The position numbers were made by a program, and so were the translations under genes. Positions 8,962 to 17,651 of a stretch of DNA of 64,000 bases are shown piece after piece (position 1 is the first letter of the stretch; each line of letters begins with the position of its first letter). Under the pieces are notes generated by a model. That model searched no databases. It was not told the origin of the DNA and saw only the letters and a program-made list of their open reading frames with translations. Origin of the DNA: a virus (lineage: Duplodnaviria > Heunggongvirae > Uroviricota > Caudoviricetes); the IMG/VR virus record IMGVR_UViG_3300019845_000023, positions 5,058-69,057 of that record. One strand, 5' to 3'.

Positions 8962-9438
8962 TTAATCTAACAATGCTCAGTCTTTCACCTCAGTAAGAAG
9001 ATTAATTTGTTTCTCCAATTCATAATCTTTTGCGAAAGAAATTCCAGCAGTTTGACCATTTTTTGGAGGAGCAAACCTTAAAGTTTTTTCTGTTGAACAT
9101 TCTTTTATTGGGACAATATAACATTTACCTTCCCAATATGTTGCAAAGAAATCAACATCTGCATCAGAATACTTTGAGCGTTTTACTCCGCTACAGTTTA
9201 CTACTGTACTTCTACAGCTAAAACATATAGCATTGTCTGTTCCCTTCTTTAAGCAAGAAGTTTTGACTTGAATTTTATAAAGATGTTTATCAATTTCGAC
9301 AATGAAATCGTACTTTGAGCAGTCTCCATAAGGAATACTTACTGTATATCCCAATTCGACAAAAGCCGTTAAACACCTTAATTCTGTTAAATTACCTTTT
9401 TGTTTACTATCCATTGTTATTTGAGTTTGTTAGACTAA
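8962..9438 (-). mobile_element. 477-bp insertion in a tRNA anticodon loop carrying a PD-(D/E)xK ORF, bounded by 12-bp inverted arms
   Basis: arms at 8962-8973 and 9427-9438 are reverse complements (11 of 12). Confidence 0.5.
8977..9414 (-). CDS. PD-(D/E)xK (Hjc / I-Ssp6803I-like) nuclease encoded inside a tRNA anticodon loop
   Basis: motifs G..E..L..GY.V...YGD...DFIVEIDK..IQVKT; fills an insertion in a Thr-like tRNA gene. Confidence 0.5.
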   Translation of the reverse strand: MDSKQKGNLTELRCLTAFVELGYTVSIPYGDCSKYDFIVEIDKHLYKIQVKTSCLKKGTDNAICFSCRSTVVNCSGVKRSKYSDADVDFFATYWEGKCYIVPIKECSTEKTLRFAPPKNGQTAGISFAKDYELEKQINLLTEVKD

Positions 9439-9516
9439 TCAATTGCTCTACCTATTGAGCTACGGCAGCATCAACACGGGAGGTGTAAAGCCCTCCCGAA
9501 AACTTAAGGGAAGATT

Positions 9517-9681
9517 ATCTGATAGGTGGCTTCTCAGTAACCACCTGAAACTTGAAATAGCCGTCGATGTTTGCACCAGTTGCAGGACAACGCTGAACAA
9601 CGGCATCATTCTTTTCTGCGAAAGCCTTAGCGGACTTTCTGTCTGAAAAACGTGAGATGTAAGTCTTCTTATCAGCCATAG
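9517..9681 (-). CDS. hypothetical small protein (54 aa)
   Basis: hand translation; promoter 9710-9747. Confidence 0.4.
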
Positions 9682-9709
9682 TTTTTTCTTCCTTTCTGAT
9701 TTTCTATAA

Positions 9710-9747
9710 ATATTATATCATATTTTAGAAAAAATGTCAAATTTTTT
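9710..9747 (-). promoter_or_regulatory. consensus promoter block
   Basis: TTGACA variant. Confidence 0.6.
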
Positions 9748-9752
9748 ATTGC

Positions 9753-10016
9753 TTAATCGAGGAACAAACCTACAAGTCCCATAAGTCCAAAACCGCCGAT
9801 AAGTAAACCAAGCGGAATTAGAGTCGGTGCAACAACTATACCCCAGCCGATTGCACAGACGCTTGCCAGCTTCAGAATACATAAAACGATTGAGATTACA
9901 AAGCCAGCTTCGATACCGATTGCTCCCAGAAATGCAGTTAACATTCCCAGAAAAGCACTTACTAATGCCAAAAAGTCTTTCATAATATTTCTTTCCTTTC
10001 TGTACTTACGTTTCAT
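9753..10016 (-). CDS. small hydrophobic membrane protein (holin-like?)
   Basis: two or three predicted TM helices; true start probably an internal ATG. Confidence 0.45.
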   Translation of the reverse strand: MKRKYRKERNIMKDFLALVSAFLGMLTAFLGAIGIEAGFVISIVLCILKLASVCAIGWGIVVAPTLIPLGLLIGGFGLMGLVGLFLD

Positions 10017-10036
10017 AGGATTTTCTTCCTTTTTGA

Positions 10037-10083
10037 TTTTCTATAAATATTATACCATAAAATCTAAAAAATGTCAAATTTTT
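10037..10083 (-). promoter_or_regulatory. consensus promoter block
   Basis: same motif. Confidence 0.6.
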
Positions 10084-10447
10084 ATGTGAGTGGGATTTCT
10101 ATACCGTAGAGTTTCGCAGTCATAAACACACGATTTAAACGGATAGAACGGTCCTTATTGGAGAGCTGTTCCCAATCCTTATAAGTAGAATGTTGTAGTG
10201 CCGCGACCTGAGAAACTGGTGCACCCATTAATATCATTCGCTCAAAAAGAAGCGAAGCATTAAACGAGTGTAAAGCACCCACTGCCGCGTCGCAGTCAAA
10301 TTCTACATTAGTAACGTCTGGGAGCTGCGGCACCTCTTTCTTAACGAACTTACCCGTAGCGAAAGCCTCTCTGCCACACTGATTAACACAGCGGACTGCC
10401 AGTGCTTCAGTGTCATACTCCTTGCCACAAAGACAGCAATGATACAT
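10082..10447 (-). CDS. hypothetical protein with N-terminal Cys cluster
   Basis: ORF track. Confidence 0.5.
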   Translation of the reverse strand: MYHCCLCGKEYDTEALAVRCVNQCGREAFATGKFVKKEVPQLPDVTNVEFDCDAAVGALHSFNASLLFERMILMGAPVSQVAALQHSTYKDWEQLSNKDRSIRLNRVFMTAKLYGIEIPLT

Positions 10448-10644
10448 TATCTCTTACCTCCCTTGAAAAAGAGATAAAAACGATACCACCACTTCTTCTT
10501 TCGTCTCTCCTTAGCTTCACGCTGTCGGAGTCTTTCCTTAGCTTTAATAGACCTCGGAAGTCGAGGACCTGTACTTAAGCCTGTCTTGGGGTCTTTGACT
10601 GGACCTGCTGGCAATATGCCATTTGGTGTAAAAGGTGATAACAT
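10447..10644 (-). CDS. hypothetical basic protein
   Basis: ORF track. Confidence 0.4.
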   Translation of the reverse strand: MLSPFTPNGILPAGPVKDPKTGLSTGPRLPRSIKAKERLRQREAKERRKKKWWYRFYLFFKGGKR

Positions 10645-10659
10645 AAGCGTTCTCCTTTC

Positions 10660-10995
10660 TTACAGCTCATCATACATCGGTGCATACTTACGGATATGTC
10701 TGTGTACAACTACACCGAGTACCTTTTCATTACCGCCGACTTCCTTTATATAAATGAAGCCTTTATCAGTAGTTACAGCACCACGTCCCTTGGGGCAGGT
10801 GAACTTCTTAGCCTGAAGCTCTACTGCAGCAAGGTCGATAGTGTTCATTTCCATACGACCGTTGTTTGCAATGATAACAAAGACAGGCATACCATTCTTG
10901 AGGTCTGGCTTGCAATCAAGCAGACGACCTGTCCACTTAACATCATACTCTTCATACTGAGCTTTGACGATTAAATGTGTCTTTACGAGTGGCAT
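10660..10995 (-). CDS. hypothetical protein (start MPLVK)
   Basis: ORF trimmed so it does not overlap the promoter block. Confidence 0.5.
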   Translation of the reverse strand: MPLVKTHLIVKAQYEEYDVKWTGRLLDCKPDLKNGMPVFVIIANNGRMEMNTIDLAAVELQAKKFTCPKGRGAVTTDKGFIYIKEVGGNEKVLGVVVHRHIRKYAPMYDEL

Positions 10996-11017
10996 TTCTA
11001 TCATTCCTTTCCTCATC

Positions 11018-11064
11018 TTTTCTATATATATTATAACATATTTTATGAGAAAAGTCAAATTTTT
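11018..11064 (-). promoter_or_regulatory. consensus promoter block
   Basis: same motif. Confidence 0.6.
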
Positions 11065-11069
11065 ATTTG

Positions 11070-11357
11070 TTATTTTTTGTCTTTAAGAGTGTAATTTCCT
11101 TCCTGAAATGAAACCCTTGTGCCGTCCTTAAGAGTTATTGTGATGATGTCATTAGCGTGATATTCATATTCAGCAGAAACACTTACTATATCTTCAGTTT
11201 TATAGGTTTCTCCATTGACTACGAGATAATTATACTGTCTCATTTCGTCCTCAAAAGAGTTGCTTGTGGCACACTGTGAAAGAAAAACGAGTATAAAGCA
11301 AATTACCAAGCAGATAATTACAGTATAGAAGGTAGCTTCTCCGTCATAATCTCTCAT
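11070..11357 (-). CDS. membrane-anchored hypothetical protein
   Basis: ORF track; N-terminal TM helix. Confidence 0.5.
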   Translation of the reverse strand: MRDYDGEATFYTVIICLVICFILVFLSQCATSNSFEDEMRQYNYLVVNGETYKTEDIVSVSAEYEYHANDIITITLKDGTRVSFQEGNYTLKDKK

Positions 11358-11399
11358 TATAAACTCCTTTCAATCAATAGGGTGATAACTAAAAGTGGA

Positions 11400-11615
11400 T
11401 TACTTTGTGCCGCCCTCAAAGATTTTCATTCTGATGATAGGGATAGTGAGCATTTCTGCTCCCTCCCAGTATTCCTTGAAAGTCTTAAATGGACGATTTG
11501 CAGAAATCTTATACATATGATACTGCTCCATCATCCAAGCGTCTCTCTCTTTTTGGGTAAGAAATCCAATAGAGGAATCCTGTATAATTACCGTATAAAT
11601 CTTATCTATCTTCAT
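11400..11615 (-). CDS. hypothetical protein
   Basis: ORF track; - strand preferred over the overlapping + ORF. Confidence 0.4.
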   Translation of the reverse strand: MKIDKIYTVIIQDSSIGFLTQKERDAWMMEQYHMYKISANRPFKTFKEYWEGAEMLTIPIIRMKIFEGGTK

Positions 11616-11617
11616 TC

Positions 11618-11917
11618 CTACCTCCAGTAACGGTCAATAAGTCTCTGCATATTCTCCCTGCCCACAGGGTTCTGTGTGTGAAGCTCAACAGGGTAGAAAC
11701 GCTCTGTCTCTGCCATCCAGTCAAGCAACTTTATACCGTCGCCGCCGTCCTTAGCCCACTGACCGAGGTCGTGGTCCAGACTGAGCTGGATAGTTGTGTC
11801 CTCGATATTCTCTGCGGCACAAATAACTATCTTAGCCTGATTGACAGACTTAACTGCCCACCAAGTCTTATCAGGTGCAGGACGAACATCGTCCAGCCAT
11901 ATCTTAATAACTCTCAT
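11618..11917 (-). CDS. hypothetical protein
   Basis: ORF track. Confidence 0.5.
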   Translation of the reverse strand: MRVIKIWLDDVRPAPDKTWWAVKSVNQAKIVICAAENIEDTTIQLSLDHDLGQWAKDGGDGIKLLDWMAETERFYPVELHTQNPVGRENMQRLIDRYWR

Positions 11918-11933
11918 ATTCGTCCTCCATTTC

Positions 11934-12464
11934 TTAGAAATTGATATATGCGTTTATATCTCCGATTAGCTTGAACACAGTGTAATTAGGCTCTTCGTCT
12001 ACATCGCTCCACCAGTTGGTGACCTGCGTAATAGTCTCCCAGCCTTTCTCACCTGCGTTTGGAAACTCCATTCGTTCCCACTGTCCCCTTAATATCTCAA
12101 GAGGGATTTGTCTTTTACGAGAGAAGTTACCCTTTACGCAGCGCTCCCAAGGAGCTGTTACCCATATACAATGGCGTGTAAATGTAGGAAACCACTCTAC
12201 AAACTGCTGTCTCTGACTTGCTGTCAAAGAGTTAGTTGTAAGTATAACATCTTTTCCTGCAATCTCAAGGTCATGCAGGTCCTGATATAACGTATGCCAT
12301 ACTGTAAAGGTATTCTTACGAACCCTTTCGTCGCCGTTGATTTTAGCATAGTATTCATCAACGTCAAGAACCTCTGTGATACTTGGGTTTAAGTTATGGA
12401 TATAATGCGACAGAAATGTCTTGCCGCCGCCACTTATTCCGCATACAAGATAAAAATTTCCCAT
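11934..12464 (-). CDS. P-loop NTPase / kinase (GISGGGKT)
   Basis: Walker A motif near N-terminus. Confidence 0.45.
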   Translation of the reverse strand: MGNFYLVCGISGGGKTFLSHYIHNLNPSITEVLDVDEYYAKINGDERVRKNTFTVWHTLYQDLHDLEIAGKDVILTTNSLTASQRQQFVEWFPTFTRHCIWVTAPWERCVKGNFSRKRQIPLEILRGQWERMEFPNAGEKGWETITQVTNWWSDVDEEPNYTVFKLIGDINAYINF

Positions 12465-12481
12465 AATGTACTCCTCTCTGT

Positions 12482-12827
12482 TGGTGGAGGCGAGGAGAAT
12501 CGAACTCCTGTCCGAACCTCGTCATATCTATCGTCTACAAGCTTAGTCCATTTTTTTATACAAGTTTCACGCCTTAAAGGACAAACAGTCTGTTAACTCG
12601 TCTTGTCAAGATAGTCCATCAGGCACAGACAAGAACGTGCAAGTGAACCGTTTTTTATATAGACCATATCACAGTGTAGCTTTCACTGTTGAATGATATG
12701 GCAAAGTGTTAAAAGTGCTGCTCAGGCAGCGATTGCATAATCTGCGTTTATATTTAAAAGTGGCTATATGGGTGCCGCCCGCTTGCAGATAGGGAACTCA
12801 GAAATCCGTCGAAACCTTTACGCCCCC
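12482..12827 (-). ncRNA. ssrA: tmRNA (SsrA-like)
   Basis: 5' GGGGGCG...GGUUUCGACGG; 3' GGACAGGAGUUCGAUUCUCCUCGCCUCCACCA; G3-U70; internal tag frame ...ADYAIAA-UGA. Confidence 0.6.
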
Positions 12828-12833
12828 ATTTCA

Positions 12834-12880
12834 TTTTCTATAAATATTATAACATACTTTATAGAAAATGTCAAATTTTT
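12834..12880 (-). promoter_or_regulatory. consensus promoter block (immediately upstream of tmRNA)
   Basis: TTGACA-...-TGTTATAAT. Confidence 0.6.
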
Positions 12881-12922
12881 CTTTTGTTAAGAAACACAGA
12901 ATGTGCGATATTTACTATCGCA

Positions 12923-13636
12923 CTAAACTGCTCTCTTTTTTGCAAAGTAAATTGTCTCAGAGTTATATCCCTCTGGGTCAAATCCTGCTTCCATTGTAGG
13001 GAGATTCTCTACTTCGTAGTATCCCATCTTGTGTGAGAACTGGTCCTTAAGCTGGTCATACTTTACGAAGTGGAAGTCGTGGTCACTACCACGATATGCG
13101 ATGCCGTACTCGTCTGGATTGAGCTCTTCCCAACCATTAATCTCTCTCATATCAGAGAAAGCCTTGAGCATATTAAGTGCCGCGATACGTACTGCAACTG
13201 GTGTGTTGTAGTTGTGGTCATTATAGAGCTGGAGAGCCTCTTCTGTTGCGTCCTCAATAGAAATACCTTCAGGCAATTCAATCTCGGAAAGCAACTCAAG
13301 AATATTTGTCTCGCCATCGCTTACTTTTGTCTGAACATAGTCATCAAGCTCGTCCTGATTAGGAGTGTCCATTTCTTGGAAAGCCCAATAAGAGTCAAAG
13401 CCGTTAGACATAAGCCACTTCTCTTCTGCATTTTCTGCGATTGAGCTTTCATTCATAATAGGAAGAAACCAGTTGAAAGTTTCAAGAGCATAGCCGCCGC
13501 AGTTGAATGCGAACTGATTTACATTATCAGCGTTTCTTACACGAACAGAGTTGTAAGGGTCTTCCTGCTCAACTTCAGTGACAAGAGTACCATTGTAAGC
13601 ATAAGCATAAACCATCTTGCTGAACTTATCACTCAT
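12923..13636 (-). CDS. hypothetical protein (237 aa)
   Basis: ORF track; ends in TAG, then 11 more sense codons before TAA. Confidence 0.55.
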   Translation of the reverse strand: MSDKFSKMVYAYAYNGTLVTEVEQEDPYNSVRVRNADNVNQFAFNCGGYALETFNWFLPIMNESSIAENAEEKWLMSNGFDSYWAFQEMDTPNQDELDDYVQTKVSDGETNILELLSEIELPEGISIEDATEEALQLYNDHNYNTPVAVRIAALNMLKAFSDMREINGWEELNPDEYGIAYRGSDHDFHFVKYDQLKDQFSHKMGYYEVENLPTMEAGFDPEGYNSETIYFAKKRAV

Positions 13637-13639
13637 TAG

Positions 13640-13725
13640 TTATCCTCCTTCGCTGCGGCACACATTGCCATAGCAAATGCACCTACAATTCCTCCAAATA
13701 TTGCCCCAAGAATAAACTGTGCCAT
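13640..13725 (-). CDS. small hydrophobic peptide (28 aa)
   Basis: hand translation; GGAGG RBS. Confidence 0.3.
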
Positions 13726-13739
13726 TTCAATATCCTCCT

Positions 13740-14099
13740 TTACTGTACTTCTACAATACGATAATCGCCGTAGTCAAAGTATCCTTCGTCAGCAATAAAA
13801 TCGGCAACAAGGTCTTTTCCTGCATCAGCAAGTGACATAAGTAAATGCTGAACGTGATAAGGACGGACCTGCGGAGGAAGATTCGCATCAGCATAACGAG
13901 CCACCGCAAGCTCAACCTCGCCAGTTTCAAAGTAGCCACTTAATGGCAGGTCGATGTCGCCCTCGTCAAGATTTGCAAAGCTATAAAATTCGAGAAGCTC
14001 CTTATCGGGAGCATCTTCGAGTATGGTGAGCAACAGCTCGGCCATATCATCGAATACTCTGGGGTCCATATCAGTTGACTTAGAAGTTATTGCCCACAT
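13740..14099 (-). CDS. hypothetical acidic protein
   Basis: ORF track. Confidence 0.5.
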   Translation of the reverse strand: MWAITSKSTDMDPRVFDDMAELLLTILEDAPDKELLEFYSFANLDEGDIDLPLSGYFETGEVELAVARYADANLPPQVRPYHVQHLLMSLADAGKDLVADFIADEGYFDYGDYRIVEVQ

Positions 14100-14115
14100 A
14101 ATTCATTCTCCTTTC

Positions 14116-14499
14116 TTAGAAGCCCGCTATTCTTATATTGTATTCGCCGTCAGTCTCATCTGTTAAACCAAAAGCAAGACGACTCTCATAAGACCGAAGG
14201 TCTCTGTAACCCCACTCTTTCATCTGAGCTACGATTGCATCGAGAAAATCCTCTGCGCCGCCTGCTTCGCCACCCTCGCTATCCCACAGACCAGCATTTG
14301 AGAAGTCAATCATTATAATCGCTGAACCAGCCTGTGCCGCCATATCAACGAAATCGAGAACATTTTCAAGTATCTCGTCCTCAAAGATTACTGCACCCGC
14401 CATATAATAGTTTGTGTCATCATTGGTTATTCCCTGAAAATCCTGAATGGCGAACATATCTGTTCCCCAGTCCTCAAAACTTTTAAATGTTACCTGCAT
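14116..14499 (-). CDS. hypothetical protein
   Basis: ORF track. Confidence 0.5.
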   Translation of the reverse strand: MQVTFKSFEDWGTDMFAIQDFQGITNDDTNYYMAGAVIFEDEILENVLDFVDMAAQAGSAIIMIDFSNAGLWDSEGGEAGGAEDFLDAIVAQMKEWGYRDLRSYESRLAFGLTDETDGEYNIRIAGF

Positions 14500-14888
14500 T
14501 ATTCTTCCTCCTCATATTCATCTTCGTCTGTGCCGTCGCCGCCCTCTTCTTCAAATGAATCTATCCACATCTGTGTGATAAGAATACCATTGACAGAAAG
14601 AGTGTGGAGAGCGTCTGAATTTTCAACTTCCTTGATAGCATCTTCGCATCGCTTTATTTCACGAGTCATCATACAACTCCAGTGAAACATATCTTCTCTT
14701 GTGTCAGAGCAAGGGTCAAATTCAGCATTATTAAGTTCACGCTTCAATGCTTTCATTCTGTCTTCGAACAGCATTTTAGCCAGTGTCTTTGCCTTATCCA
14801 TTGTGGAGCAGACATCGACCACATCATATACAGAGTTATCAGTAGCCCCGCGTCTTTTATGATAGACTATGAATACTGTACCGTCCAT
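14499..14888 (-). CDS. hypothetical protein
   Basis: ORF track; promoter 14909-14956. Confidence 0.5.
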   Translation of the reverse strand: MDGTVFIVYHKRRGATDNSVYDVVDVCSTMDKAKTLAKMLFEDRMKALKRELNNAEFDPCSDTREDMFHWSCMMTREIKRCEDAIKEVENSDALHTLSVNGILITQMWIDSFEEEGGDGTDEDEYEEEE

Positions 14889-14908
14889 ATAATCATTCCT
14901 TTCTCATC

Positions 14909-14956
14909 TTTTCTATATATATTATATCATAAAATATGAAAAAAGTCAAATTTTTT
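14909..14956 (-). promoter_or_regulatory. consensus promoter block
   Basis: same motif. Confidence 0.6.
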
Positions 14957-14962
14957 ATAGCT

Positions 14963-14987
14963 AAAAGAAAAAGAGCCTCGCGGCTCT
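14963..14987 (-). terminator. rho-independent terminator
   Basis: AGAGCC-GCGA-GGCUCU then UUUUUCUUUU. Confidence 0.5.
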
Positions 14988-14993
14988 TTCTCA

Positions 14994-15386
14994 TCACTTA
15001 ATAAGTTCTTTGATTTGTCTTGTCATTTCCAGCTTAGAGTCCGAAAGATTTGCAAGGTCATAGTCGAGTTCGCCGATACGCATCTCGAAATTTGCCTTCA
15101 TTTCCTTCATCACATTGTAATAGAAACTATACATCTGACGCAATGCCTTCTTACGAGCTATCTTCTTAGCATTTTCAACGTTGTTGACATCGCCGTCCTT
15201 GAGCTTAGCTACGCCGACAAATGCCTGCGGGCGCTGCTTCTGGAACTGAGGGAAACGCTCCTGATTAATATTGTAATATACGGCAAGAGCCTTCATATAT
15301 CGGTCGTCTTCAACGGACGGGGTTATAGTAACCTTGACCGCCCCGTTGAAAACCTTATAGTCGGAAGTGTACTTAGTTTTAAACAT
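14994..15386 (-). CDS. hypothetical protein
   Basis: ORF track. Confidence 0.5.
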   Translation of the reverse strand: MFKTKYTSDYKVFNGAVKVTITPSVEDDRYMKALAVYYNINQERFPQFQKQRPQAFVGVAKLKDGDVNNVENAKKIARKKALRQMYSFYYNVMKEMKANFEMRIGELDYDLANLSDSKLEMTRQIKELIK

Positions 15387-15988
15387 CAGCCGAGTTCCTC
15401 CATAAGCTTCATAAGACCATTAACGATACCGAGACCAGCCTCCATAGCGCAGATAAGCTCCTTCTTCTCGTCGTCTGAAGTAGCCTTATTCCACTCGCTA
15501 CGAAGCTCAGCAATCTTTATCTTGCAGTCAGCCTTCTCCTTAGCAGTAGTAGCCATCTTCATACCTATTTCCTCAAAAGCCTTGAGCTTCTCTTCGAACT
15601 TAGCCTCAAGAGGATTTGTCTTGGCTGTAGGCTCGTCAATCTTAAGAGCTGCCTTAAGTGCAGACTCAAGGTCTGAACCTGTAGCATTACCGCTGAACTC
15701 GTCTACCACACCAAAATCGGCACGCTTACCCTTGTAAGCTGAGATACCCTTGCCGTTCTTGAACTTCTTGCCGATTGTGAAGGTGTACTCGTATTCAGTA
15801 GAAAGAGAGTTGTACTCTTCAACAGCCTGCTCGAAAGCCTCTCTTGCGAGCAACATTGTGCTCTCGGCATCCTTCAATGCCTTTGTCTTATCTTCCTTCT
15901 TAGCGCACTCTGCTACGCACTGAGCCATAGCAGTTGCTGAAGTATAGGTTTTACCACAAATAGGGCATACATATGTATTCATCATCAT
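15386..15988 (-). CDS. zinc-ribbon plus coiled-coil protein
   Basis: CPICG...CVAEC N-terminus; overlapping 240-aa + ORF is low-complexity. Confidence 0.5.
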   Translation of the reverse strand: MMMNTYVCPICGKTYTSATAMAQCVAECAKKEDKTKALKDAESTMLLAREAFEQAVEEYNSLSTEYEYTFTIGKKFKNGKGISAYKGKRADFGVVDEFSGNATGSDLESALKAALKIDEPTAKTNPLEAKFEEKLKAFEEIGMKMATTAKEKADCKIKIAELRSEWNKATSDDEKKELICAMEAGLGIVNGLMKLMEELG

Positions 15989-16000
15989 AGTCCTCCTTTA

Positions 16001-16318
16001 TTAGTCAAAAAGATAGTGCATATAGCTCTGGTACTGAGCATCTACCATATTGATGTTTCCACATCTTTCCTTTACGGTGTACTCGACCTTTGCACCAGTC
16101 TCGCCTATCTTAACCTTCTTCTTCTCTACCTCATTCTCACAGATAAGGATATTTGTGCCCTTGAGGTAGGTCATCTGTCCGCCACAGATGCGGCACTTGC
16201 CAAACTTGGCTTTCTGAGAAGCCTTCTTCTCTTCGTCGGTCTTGGGTTCATACTTGCCCTTAGCCTTTTTGAGATTGAGCTTTTCCCAGTCTCCCCACTG
16301 TACATATGTTCTTGGCAT
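16001..16318 (-). CDS. Lys-rich zinc-binding protein
   Basis: CRICGG...C motif. Confidence 0.5.
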   Translation of the reverse strand: MPRTYVQWGDWEKLNLKKAKGKYEPKTDEEKKASQKAKFGKCRICGGQMTYLKGTNILICENEVEKKKVKIGETGAKVEYTVKERCGNINMVDAQYQSYMHYLFD

Positions 16319-16376
16319 TATATAGCCCTCCTTAAAAATATAGATATATAGTTAATTCACTATGTGAAGTGAAATC

Positions 16377-16574
16377 TTAGTAATAGAAGTCTAAGTCGTC
16401 ATTATACGACTCTTCTCTGTCCTGCTGTCGCTTACGTCGATATTGATTGCCGTGCGGCATATATTCGCTTTGTGAATGTTCCTGTTTCTGACGTCTCTTG
16501 TCCTTTTTCTTGAACTGATTTACTTCTCGTCTGTTCTTACTCTGCTCTTTATAAGCAGCGTCTTTTCCTGCCAT
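16377..16574 (-). CDS. highly basic small protein
   Basis: ORF track. Confidence 0.4.
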   Translation of the reverse strand: MAGKDAAYKEQSKNRREVNQFKKKDKRRQKQEHSQSEYMPHGNQYRRKRQQDREESYNDDLDFYY

Positions 16575-16687
16575 TAGAACTCTGTTCCCTCCTCAACATC
16601 GAACATATCTTCGTCGGACCATCTGTCCTCGAAGACCTCTTCACACTGTACAAAATCGAAACCGTCCATAAGATTTCTCCTTTCTGA

Positions 16688-16734
16688 TTTTCTATATATA
16701 TTATAACATCTTTTATGAAAAAAGTCAAATTTTT
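16688..16734 (-). promoter_or_regulatory. consensus promoter block
   Basis: same motif. Confidence 0.6.
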
Positions 16735-17590
16735 AATTGGTTGTGAACAGACAATCGTAGTCGAAACCGCCGTAATCAAAGATTACAGGAGTTCCGTCCT
16801 TAAGGTATCCATAGTTACCCTCGTGCATATCCTCAAGATGAACAGCATTAATCATATGAGCAAAAGCCTCAAGTGCCGCCGCACCATAAGTTCTGAGGAT
16901 AGCAAGAACAAAGTTGTTATTGAAACGAATTTCAGTCTGGTCTCTGCTTGTGTAGACCTTCTCCTTCTCGTCGTCTTCTGCCTCTATAAAGCTGTGATAG
17001 TCACCTATCTCACTTTCAGAACCAGCTACCTGTCTCTGGATATAAACAGGAATACCATTGTATTCTCCTATCCACTCATTGGGAAGGAAGATTCCAGCTA
17101 TCTCGCCGCAGTCTTCAACAGACGCACAGATTTCGTTCTCTACGTTCATAAGGTCATAGCCAGTAGTCTGAGCATCACACTCAAACTTTCTCTCAACCTC
17201 GTCGTACTCCTCGTATTCATCGTAATGACGCTGATGAGCCCAGCAAGTTTCCTGCTCTACTTCACCCTTTTCATTGAGTCTCTCAAGATAAATACGCTCT
17301 CCATAGATAGCTGTAATAGGCATCTTGATAACATATGGCTTGCCGTAAGGAATAATAACGAAACGAGAAGCTCCGTACTTGATAGTTATATCATTGTTCT
17401 CCTCAATTTCGTCATTGAAGGCGAAAGGAGTGAGAGTCTCATCGTAGAGAAGATTAGAATAAGCTACATCATAGTCGCTATCTACAGGGATATAGATACC
17501 CGTTGCATCTCTACCAAGAGCCTCCTTAAGTATAGAATAAACTTCTTCACGAAGTGCATCAGTAACGCCGATTTCGTTCATTCTATTCAC
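16733..17590 (-). CDS. hypothetical protein (285 aa)
   Basis: - ORF with promoter 17603-17649; overlapping 335-aa + ORF rejected. Confidence 0.55.
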   Translation of the reverse strand: MNRMNEIGVTDALREEVYSILKEALGRDATGIYIPVDSDYDVAYSNLLYDETLTPFAFNDEIEENNDITIKYGASRFVIIPYGKPYVIKMPITAIYGERIYLERLNEKGEVEQETCWAHQRHYDEYEEYDEVERKFECDAQTTGYDLMNVENEICASVEDCGEIAGIFLPNEWIGEYNGIPVYIQRQVAGSESEIGDYHSFIEAEDDEKEKVYTSRDQTEIRFNNNFVLAILRTYGAAALEAFAHMINAVHLEDMHEGNYGYLKDGTPVIFDYGGFDYDCLFTTN

Positions 17591-17602
17591 TCCTTTCTCA
17601 AC

Positions 17603-17649
17603 CTTTTCTATATATATTATAACATATTATATAAAAAAAGTCAAATTTT
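17603..17649 (-). promoter_or_regulatory. consensus promoter block
   Basis: same motif. Confidence 0.6.
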
Positions 17650-17651
17650 TA

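Larger units (their letters stand above)
8924..9469 (-). tRNA. split tRNA-Thr-like gene (3' part 8924-8961, 5' part 9439-9469) interrupted in the anticodon loop
   Basis: halves share D-loop, variable loop and T-arm with tRNA-Thr 8094-8169; acceptor halves pair; anticodon stem AUUGA/UCAAU. Confidence 0.5.

Noticed and set aside
8924-9469. Group I intron in the split tRNA
   Set aside because: The 477-bp insert is almost entirely the 438-nt ORF. There is no space for a P3-P9 ribozyme core.
12396-12596. ORF-track ORFs over 12016-12596
   Set aside because: They overlap the tmRNA and the 3' end of the kinase gene. They are explained by the RNA gene.
15015-15737. 240-aa plus-strand ORF (and similar long plus-strand ORFs at 16715-17722, 40607-41356, 30332-31009, 4720-5208)
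   Set aside because: They are low-complexity and antisense to well-supported minus-strand genes. No promoter block faces the plus strand, and gene tiling is exclusively on the minus strand.
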